Positions 9,640-14,760 of a stretch of DNA of 32,000 nt are shown in pieces. Within the stretch, counting starts at the first letter, position 1, and every line of letters starts with the position of its first letter. The position numbers and the translations under genes were made by a program. The DNA is from Cupriavidus necator (GTDB lineage: Bacteria; Pseudomonadota; Gammaproteobacteria; Burkholderiales; Burkholderiaceae): NCBI RefSeq assembly GCF_016127575.1, contig NZ_CP066020.1, positions 270,001 through 302,000 of the forward strand, in the 5' to 3' direction. The notes under the pieces are model-generated. The model was not told the DNA's origin. It searched no databases and worked only from the letters and a program-made list of their open reading frames with translations.

Positions 9640-10160
9640 CTAAATTGCGGGGCTTGCGGCATCAATCATCAACGATTGCCTGCAGATCCCGGGAAGCGGG
9701 CCGTCGTTCCTGAACGCTGGCTTAGGATGCGGGATCCTGTCCAGCCGCACCTTGCCCGGCCCCTCGTCGACACTGACCACGCGCTCACCGGCGCGATCCT
9801 TCACCGTCACCGGGGTGATCTCCGCCGCAAATGCGCCGGATTCCATGGCCTGCTTCGCGCCCGTCACCGAGGTCATGGCAAATGGGTCCTGCGCCTCGCG
9901 GCTGAACTGGCACTTCGCCGCACAGTCCTCGCCGAAGGTGCCCATCGCTCGCCCAGGCCGGTATCGTTGCGCCCCCTGAGACCATACGCTCATATCGAGC
10001 ACATCGAGTTCTCGGCATGAGGACTCATCGGCAAAACTCCAACACGCAATCTTCGCTCACGACGTCGGAACTGCCGCCGCGTAGCAGCAACGCCAAAGAC
10101 TGGCCTTGTCCTTGGTCGCGGTAGAGGGTTGCACTACGGGCGAAGCCACCCATGAACCGG
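9640..10160 (-). pseudogene. Acetyl-CoA acetyltransferase (thiolase) internal fragment, degenerate
   Basis: MGTFGEDCAAKCQFSREAQDPFAMTSVTGAKQAMESGAFAAEITPVTVKDRAGERVVSVDEGP...KPAFRNDG parallels the thiolase core MG.TAEN.A....ISRE.QD.FA..S...A......F..EI.PV........DE.P....L..LKPAF..DG. Both N- and C-terminal parts are absent. The upstream portion is barely recognisable. Confidence 0.55.
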
Positions 10161-10163
10161 CAC

Positions 10164-10195
10164 CGCGCCTTCTTGCATTATCTCAAGAAGGCGCG
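10164..10195. promoter_or_regulatory. Perfect 12-bp inverted repeat (CGCGCCTTCTTG-N8-CAAGAAGGCGCG) enclosing a TTG-N8-CAA core
   Basis: The arms are 10164-10175 and 10184-10195, with loop CATTATCT. The inner 14-mer TTGCATTATCTCAA (10173-10186) has the FNR-family TTG/CAA core. It is centred 89 nt upstream of the hemerythrin ATG and sits at the edge of the thiolase remnant. Confidence 0.3.
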
Positions 10196-10268
10196 CCCCG
10201 CTTCGGGCGATACTTGATCAATTGGCATCAGGCAACTGGAGACGGCCTGGCCCAACTGGAGTGCGACA

Positions 10269-10781
10269 ATGTTCTCTCCCACCGCCAGCCTTCCTGGCTT
10301 CGATTCACCAATTGAACTGCTGCTGGCCTGCCATGAGAAGGTGCGGCGGTTCGCCGGCTTATGTCAGAGACTTGAGCAGCACGCGGCGCTGCACGGCGCG
10401 GATGATGAGGCACGAACCGCTGCCGCCAGCGTGCTGAGATACTTCCAGATAGCAGCGCCGCTGCACCACGCCGACGAGGAGGAAGACCTGTTCCCAGCAC
10501 TGCGCGAGCTGGGTGACGTCAGCTTAACTGCGCGTATTGACGAGCTAGATGCCGAGCATGGGCGCCTGGGTGATTTGTGGTGCTGCGTGAAACCCTGGCT
10601 GGAGGCGATGTCGCAGGGCGCAAGGCACCCTGCTCCACCAGAACTCAGCGCGTTCGCCACCCTCTATCCCGAGCACGCATTGCGGGAAGAGCGCGAGATT
10701 TATCCTGCCGTCGTCCGGCTGTCCCGGGATCGCCTTGCCGAGATCGGCCAGCGCATGGCACAAAGAAGAGGCGCGCGCTAG
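10269..10781 (+). CDS. Hemerythrin (HHE cation-binding) domain protein (170 aa)
   Basis: Motifs include LLLACHEKVRRF, APLHHADEEEDLFPAL, LDAEHGRL and HALREEREIYP, which are His/Glu di-iron ligand spacings typical of bacterial hemerythrin-like proteins. Confidence 0.85.
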   Translation: MFSPTASLPGFDSPIELLLACHEKVRRFAGLCQRLEQHAALHGADDEARTAAASVLRYFQIAAPLHHADEEEDLFPALRELGDVSLTARIDELDAEHGRLGDLWCCVKPWLEAMSQGARHPAPPELSAFATLYPEHALREEREIYPAVVRLSRDRLAEIGQRMAQRRGAR

Positions 10782-10838
10782 TAGCGGCGCGCACCGGTAA
10801 ACACCCCTTCGCGGACTGGAACCTGAACCGGGAATGGC

Positions 10839-10852
10839 TTGACCGGCGTCAA
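10839..10852. promoter_or_regulatory. FNR/DNR-type box TTGAC-CGGC-GTCAA
   Basis: The half-sites are perfectly palindromic. The box is centred 69 nt upstream of the DUF2249 ATG. A TAGCAT hexamer (10875-10880) is at the spacing expected for a class II (-41.5) promoter. Confidence 0.5.
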
Positions 10853-10914
10853 TCGCGGCAGGCCAGTCCCTCGTTAGCATTCCTGCGTGGACACACGCTA
10901 CCAAGGACGCTACC

Positions 10915-11214
10915 ATGCAAGCCAATTCCCCCTTCCTCTTCGACGCGCGCAGCATTGCCAAGCGCTTTCGCCATGCCGCGATTTTTGGTGCTCTTGAAGC
11001 GCTGGGCGAAGGCGAGTCGATGCGTTTCGTCAACGATCACGATCCCCTTCCCCTGATCGAGCAATTGCGCCGGCGGTATCAAGAGCAACTTCATATTGCC
11101 TACGTTCAGCACGCGGACGGTGTCGTGGTAATTGACTTCACTGTCCATCCGGCGGGTACCGCGCAAGGATGCGGCAGCGGAGACGGTACGGGCTGCGGCT
11201 GCAGCGGCGGCTGA
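10915..11214 (+). CDS. DUF2249-family small protein with a Cys/Gly-rich C-terminal tail (99 aa)
   Basis: AAGGA lies 7 nt before the ATG. The sequence FDARSIAKRFRHAAIFGALEALGEGESMRFVNDHDPLPLIEQL fits the DUF2249 pattern usually found next to hemerythrin genes. The tail is GCGSGDGTGCGCSGG. Confidence 0.75.
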   Translation: MQANSPFLFDARSIAKRFRHAAIFGALEALGEGESMRFVNDHDPLPLIEQLRRRYQEQLHIAYVQHADGVVVIDFTVHPAGTAQGCGSGDGTGCGCSGG

Positions 11215-11380
11215 ACCTTGCCGTCATCCGCCGCATTCAGATCGTCTGGACACCCCTCGCTATTCGCAGCTGGCTTGACCACGGACAAACCGGCCCAGGC
11301 CGGCCTGGGGCAAAATACTAATGAGGCCGCTGGGCTGCGGGGGCGCGCCCGATGACCTCGACGTTGTTGTCCTGCTGAAA

Positions 11381-11413
11381 GCCTGTCCGTACGAACTACG
11401 GGCAGGCTTTTTT
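11381..11413 (+). terminator. Rho-independent terminator
   Basis: GCCTGTCCGTA-CGAAC-TACGGGCAGGC forms an 11-bp stem with one G-U pair. It is followed by TTTTTT (11408-11413). Confidence 0.8.
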
Positions 11414-11448
11414 CACAATCGGCGAGATTGCCAACGCGCCGCCCCGGC

Positions 11449-11462
11449 TTGTTCTTGATCAA
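11449..11462. promoter_or_regulatory. FNR-type box candidate TTGTT-CTTG-ATCAA
   Basis: 9/10 match to TTGAT-N4-ATCAA. It is centred about 42 nt upstream of the start of the NsrR-type operator. Confidence 0.4.
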
Positions 11463-11498
11463 TCCACTGCAATAAGCCTCAACGGCATGATCCTTTAT

Positions 11499-11521
11499 AA
11501 GATACATTTTTAATCTATCTT
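11499..11521. promoter_or_regulatory. NsrR-type operator AAGATACATTT-T-TAATCTATCTT
   Basis: An 11-1-11 inverted repeat with 9/11 symmetric positions. The left half matches the proteobacterial NsrR consensus half-site AAGATGCATTT at 10/11. It overlaps a TATAAG -10-like hexamer and lies 90 nt upstream of the Rrf2 gene ATG. Confidence 0.6.
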
Positions 11522-11610
11522 GGGTTCCACTATGTCTCCCGACGCAAGCGGATGCTGAATTGCCTCAGCTTCCGGTGCTGCCATCCCGGCTGATGCCAAG
11601 GGTCTATACG

Positions 11611-12057
11611 ATGCGCCTTACCACCATGACCGACTATGCGCTACGGCTGCTGATCTACGTGGCGCGGCATCCTGAACGGATGTGTACCAACGACGAGATC
11701 GCGCAGGCCTACGGCATCTCCAGGGCGCATCTGGTCAAGGTAACGCACAAGCTGAGCCGACAGGGCTGGATCGCGACCGTGCGCGGCAGAGGCGGTGGCA
11801 TGCAGTTGTCGTCTGGGCCAGGAAGCATCAATCTCGGCGACGTGGTTCGCAGCGTGGAGCCCGATTTCGATCTGGTCGCTGGCCTGGCCGACGGCAGCGC
11901 CCGCAAGTTCGCGAGCGACGAGCATCTTTGCCGCGTCATGGATGGCGCTCGCTGGAGTTTCCTGCAATATCTTGAAAGCTTTACCCTCGCCGACCTGCTG
12001 GGGCGGGCGTTCACGGAGCCGCCGCCTGCCGACGTAGTGCACCTTGGCAGAAGCTAA
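11611..12057 (+). CDS. nsrR: Rrf2-family transcriptional regulator, NsrR-like but lacking two of the three canonical cluster cysteines (148 aa)
   Basis: MRLTTMTDYALRLLIYVARHPE...ISRAHLVKVTHKLSRQGWIATVRGRGGGMQL is a clear Rrf2 wHTH. The start is placed at ATG 11611, where homology begins. The ORF track begins 17 codons earlier. Confidence 0.85.
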   Translation: MRLTTMTDYALRLLIYVARHPERMCTNDEIAQAYGISRAHLVKVTHKLSRQGWIATVRGRGGGMQLSSGPGSINLGDVVRSVEPDFDLVAGLADGSARKFASDEHLCRVMDGARWSFLQYLESFTLADLLGRAFTEPPPADVVHLGRS

Positions 12058-13258
12058 AAACGTTGCCCTTGGCGGCAATGTGGCCGCGTACCGGCGGCGG
12101 CGCCTGGTGAACGCTCAGGACTGCCTGGGATGCTGCACCGCGCTGACTCGCCATGCCCGGGCTTGCGGCAGCCACGACGGCGATGAAGGCCAGGATGGCA
12201 GCAACGTTGCCGCTCGCAGCCATGGCCTTGACGGCCGGCAGCTGGTGACCGAAGCTCAGCCGTGCAGCCAGGGAGAGGTGCAGCACGGCAAGCGGCACAT
12301 AGAAGCTGTTGCCGAACTTCAGCTTGATGCGCGTGATCGCTGGCAGGATGACAGGCGCATGCGCCATCACCATGCTGACGATAAAGCCCAGTCCCAGCGC
12401 ATGGAGCGCCGCGTCGCGCCATGGCAGCCCTGCCGCGGTGCCCGCCCACGCCGCGCCTGCCACCAGCAGCCAGCCATAGCCCAGCAGCAAGCAGACTGCT
12501 ATGTAGCGGCTCAAGCCGTGGCTGCGCACCGTCCGGCGCGCAATATCGAAGCGTGCCAGCCAACTGGTAAGGAACGCCAGTGAGACGCCATAGACGACGC
12601 CACCGATCCTGCCCGCGTTCCCTTCCAGCGCCGACCCGGCGGCGCCCAGCACAAGCCCCGCAAGGATCGCGAGCAAGGCCGCTTGCGCGCTCGGTCGGCG
12701 GCGCATCAGGCGCGTCATTTCAAGCCGCTCGGCGGCCACCGTGACAACCAGGAAAATGAAGTACCAGGCATTGACCGAGGTCACCCAGCGGCCCGACGCC
12801 AGCGCCACGTTGCCGGCCAGCCAGGCCACGGAGGCGGCCAGCAGCAAGGCCGTGTGGGTAGCCGGCTGGCGCCGCAGCACTGCCACGCTGACGCCCACGA
12901 ACACCAACGCGCCTGCCGCCATGGCCCACGCGCCCGCGGCAGAAGATCCTGCCACCATGAGTATGGCGCCCAGCCCGGATGCCGCCGGTGCGGCGAAGGC
13001 GGCGAGACGGCCGAGCGCCACCGCGCGCTCGATGCCGATGATCGTGCCGAGGAAGCCGCCGGTCATCAATGCCCCATGGAATGAATGCGCGTGCCACTGC
13101 AGATGATGGTCGTCCACCCCGGGCAATACCACGCCTGCACGCAACAGACCGCCGAGCATGCCCGCGAGCAATGCGAACACAGCCAGCAACAACACTGCCA
13201 GCCGCGGCCAGGTCTTGCGCTGGCGCCCTTGTATGCTACAAGCGACCACGCTCACCAT
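12011..13258 (-). CDS. Polytopic (about 10-12 TM) His-containing membrane protein, possibly NnrS-like
   Basis: Long hydrophobic ORF. WHAHSFHGALMTGGFLGT and HALGLGFIVSMVMAH loosely resemble the NnrS WHAHEM.FGF and HAL..G motifs. The start is placed at ATG 13258, overlapping the upstream gene stop (ATGGTGA). The NnrS assignment is tentative. Confidence 0.7.
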   Translation of the reverse strand: MVSVVACSIQGRQRKTWPRLAVLLLAVFALLAGMLGGLLRAGVVLPGVDDHHLQWHAHSFHGALMTGGFLGTIIGIERAVALGRLAAFAAPAASGLGAILMVAGSSAAGAWAMAAGALVFVGVSVAVLRRQPATHTALLLAASVAWLAGNVALASGRWVTSVNAWYFIFLVVTVAAERLEMTRLMRRRPSAQAALLAILAGLVLGAAGSALEGNAGRIGGVVYGVSLAFLTSWLARFDIARRTVRSHGLSRYIAVCLLLGYGWLLVAGAAWAGTAAGLPWRDAALHALGLGFIVSMVMAHAPVILPAITRIKLKFGNSFYVPLAVLHLSLAARLSFGHQLPAVKAMAASGNVAAILAFIAVVAAASPGMASQRGAASQAVLSVHQAPPPVRGHIAAKGNVFSFCQGALRRQAAAP

Positions 13259-13605
13259 CCCATGGCGTGCTTCGCGCTGGCGCTCATGCGCTCCGGCGTC
13301 CATGCGGGCTCCCAGCATAACTCCACTTCAATCCCGTACCCCAGCGGCATCACGCCCTCAAGCTCAAGATGCACGTCATCCAGGACCATGTCGGCCAGCG
13401 GACATGCAGTGGACGTCATGGTCATCGAAACATAGACGCCTGCCTCGAATACGGTTACGGCGTAGATCAGGCCAACGTCGAAGACGTTCAGCGCCAGTTC
13501 CGGATCCACGACGCGGCGCAGGGCATCCGTGATAGGTGCCAGCCATTGCTCGGGGCCCTGGTAGTCAAATCCGCTCGTCCCGTTCGATGCTTGCCTGGAG
13601 AGCAT
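13252..13605 (-). CDS. DUF59 / FeS-assembly-P (SufT/MIP18-like) protein (117 aa)
   Basis: ITDALRRVVDPELALNVFDVGLIYAV...MTMTSTACPLADMV is the hallmark of the DUF59 metal-sulfur cluster assembly family. A purine-rich AAAGGGG lies just before the ATG. Confidence 0.85.
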   Translation of the reverse strand: MLSRQASNGTSGFDYQGPEQWLAPITDALRRVVDPELALNVFDVGLIYAVTVFEAGVYVSMTMTSTACPLADMVLDDVHLELEGVMPLGYGIEVELCWEPAWTPERMSASAKHAMGW

Positions 13606-13648
13606 GTGTCCCCTTTCTTTGATTTTCTGTTATGCACTTTCCATCGTA

Positions 13649-13679
13649 GTACTGGCCACGCTTTCTGCGTGGCCAGTAC
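13649..13679 (-). other. Perfect 13-bp hairpin (GTACTGGCCACGC-TTTCT-GCGTGGCCAGTAC) between nrdG and the DUF59 gene
   Basis: The arms are 13649-13661 and 13667-13679. It lies 36 nt after the nrdG stop and has no U-tract. It could be a processing or stability element, or a partial terminator. Confidence 0.4.
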
Positions 13680-13690
13680 CCGCTGGTCGA

Positions 13691-13704
13691 TTGACATAGC
13701 GCAA
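13691..13704. promoter_or_regulatory. FNR/NnrR-like box TTGAC-ATAG-CGCAA
   Basis: It has the TTG-N8-CAA core. The half-sites are the same as in the candidate box upstream of nrdD (TTGAC-N4-CGCAA). It is centred 92 nt upstream of the DUF59 ATG. Confidence 0.35.
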
Positions 13705-13714
13705 GGGACCTGCA

Positions 13715-14434
13715 TCACGCCTTGCGCAGCGTGAAACTGCTGAAGCGCGCCGCCAGCCTGCTGATATCGTCGCGGCCAAGCGAAGCGCTCGCGCCGCTGC
13801 CGCGGCACTCCTGCAACGCCCAGTGCTTCACGCCAAGGGCGGCGATGCTCTCGGCCAGCGCATGCAGCTCGGCGATATCGAACATGCCGGCGTGCCAGGT
13901 GGTGCGGCACTCGCCTGCCACGTCGCTGGCAACCCAGTGGCGCAGCGATTCCCAGGCCCTCTCCCCGCTGCCCGGCACCCGCGTAATGGCGTCATAGCGA
14001 TGTAGGGGCGCCTTGAGGTCGAGGCCGATCCAGTCCAGTTGGGGCAGGATGGCGGGCAGGCGATCGGGGTACATGCCGGCGGTGTGCAGCGCGACCTCGA
14101 AGCCTCTGGCTTGTACGTCGGCGATGGCGCCGGCCAGGGCCCCCTGCAGGGTTGGCTCGCCTCCGGAAAACACCACGCCGTCGAGCAGGCCCTGCCGCGC
14201 TTGCAGGAAGGCCAGCACGTCCGCCCAGGCGATGCTGGAAGGCGCGCGGGCATCCAGCAGGCCCGGGTTGTGGCAATAGCCGCACCGCCAAGGGCAGCCC
14301 TGGCAGAACACGACGGCAGCCAGGCGGCCGGGGAAGTCGATGGTGGTCAGCGCCGTCATGCCGCCGACGCGCAACGATGCCGCGTCGCGCCGGCGCCCGG
14401 CCGCGGCCTCACATGCATCAGGTGGCGATGGCAT
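13715..14434 (-). CDS. nrdG: Anaerobic ribonucleoside-triphosphate reductase activating protein (radical SAM)
   Basis: LRVGGMTALTTIDFPGRLAAVVFCQGCPWRCGYCHNP contains the CxxxCxxC radical-SAM motif, followed by VVFSGGEPTL. The start is placed at ATG 14434, preceded by GGAG-N4. An upstream ATG at 14485 has no SD. Confidence 0.9.
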   Translation of the reverse strand: MPSPPDACEAAAGRRRDAASLRVGGMTALTTIDFPGRLAAVVFCQGCPWRCGYCHNPGLLDARAPSSIAWADVLAFLQARQGLLDGVVFSGGEPTLQGALAGAIADVQARGFEVALHTAGMYPDRLPAILPQLDWIGLDLKAPLHRYDAITRVPGSGERAWESLRHWVASDVAGECRTTWHAGMFDIAELHALAESIAALGVKHWALQECRGSGASASLGRDDISRLAARFSSFTLRKA

Positions 14435-14618
14435 GGGGCTCCGAGAAGAAGCGGCGCTCGCGGTGCTCGCCCTGCTTGCCGACATTGAAGCTGGAGACCG
14501 GCCGATGGTAGCCCATCACACGGGTCCAGACCTCGCAGGGTTGGCGCTCCTCGTCGCGCAGCGCTGCATGGCCAGGCAAGGATTGCGTGAATTGCGCGGA
14601 TTGGTCATGGTGAATCAT
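14418..14618 (-). CDS. Stand-alone 66-aa protein carrying the class III RNR glycyl-radical signature
   Basis: AAGGAG-N7-ATG at 14618. The translation is MIHHDQSAQFTQSLPGHAALRDEERQPCEVWTRVMGYHRPVSSFNVGKQGEHRERRFFSEPHAIAT. The RVxGY...N.GK..E segment matches the NrdD C-terminal glycyl-radical loop. The stop codon overlaps the nrdG start by 17 nt. Confidence 0.7.
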   Translation of the reverse strand: MIHHDQSAQFTQSLPGHAALRDEERQPCEVWTRVMGYHRPVSSFNVGKQGEHRERRFFSEPHAIAT

Positions 14619-14760
14619 GGATGCACTCCTTCTTGAGATGGGTCGAAAAAACAGGAAAGGACGATGTTTCGGCAAAGACTGGACGGCCAAACACAGAGAC
14701 AAGGAAGCGCCGGAGGCGCTACTGCATAGAGAAATCCCGCGCATTCCATAATGCATCGCA

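Noticed and set aside
9577-10020. A 147-aa plus-strand ORF over the thiolase fragment region.
   Set aside because: It is antisense to recognisable, though degraded, thiolase sequence. It has no motifs of its own.
11106-11507. A 133-aa minus-strand ORF covering the DUF2249 3' end, the terminator and the NsrR operator region.
   Set aside because: It crosses a clear rho-independent terminator and regulatory DNA. The translation is Pro/Ala/Arg-rich with no family resemblance.
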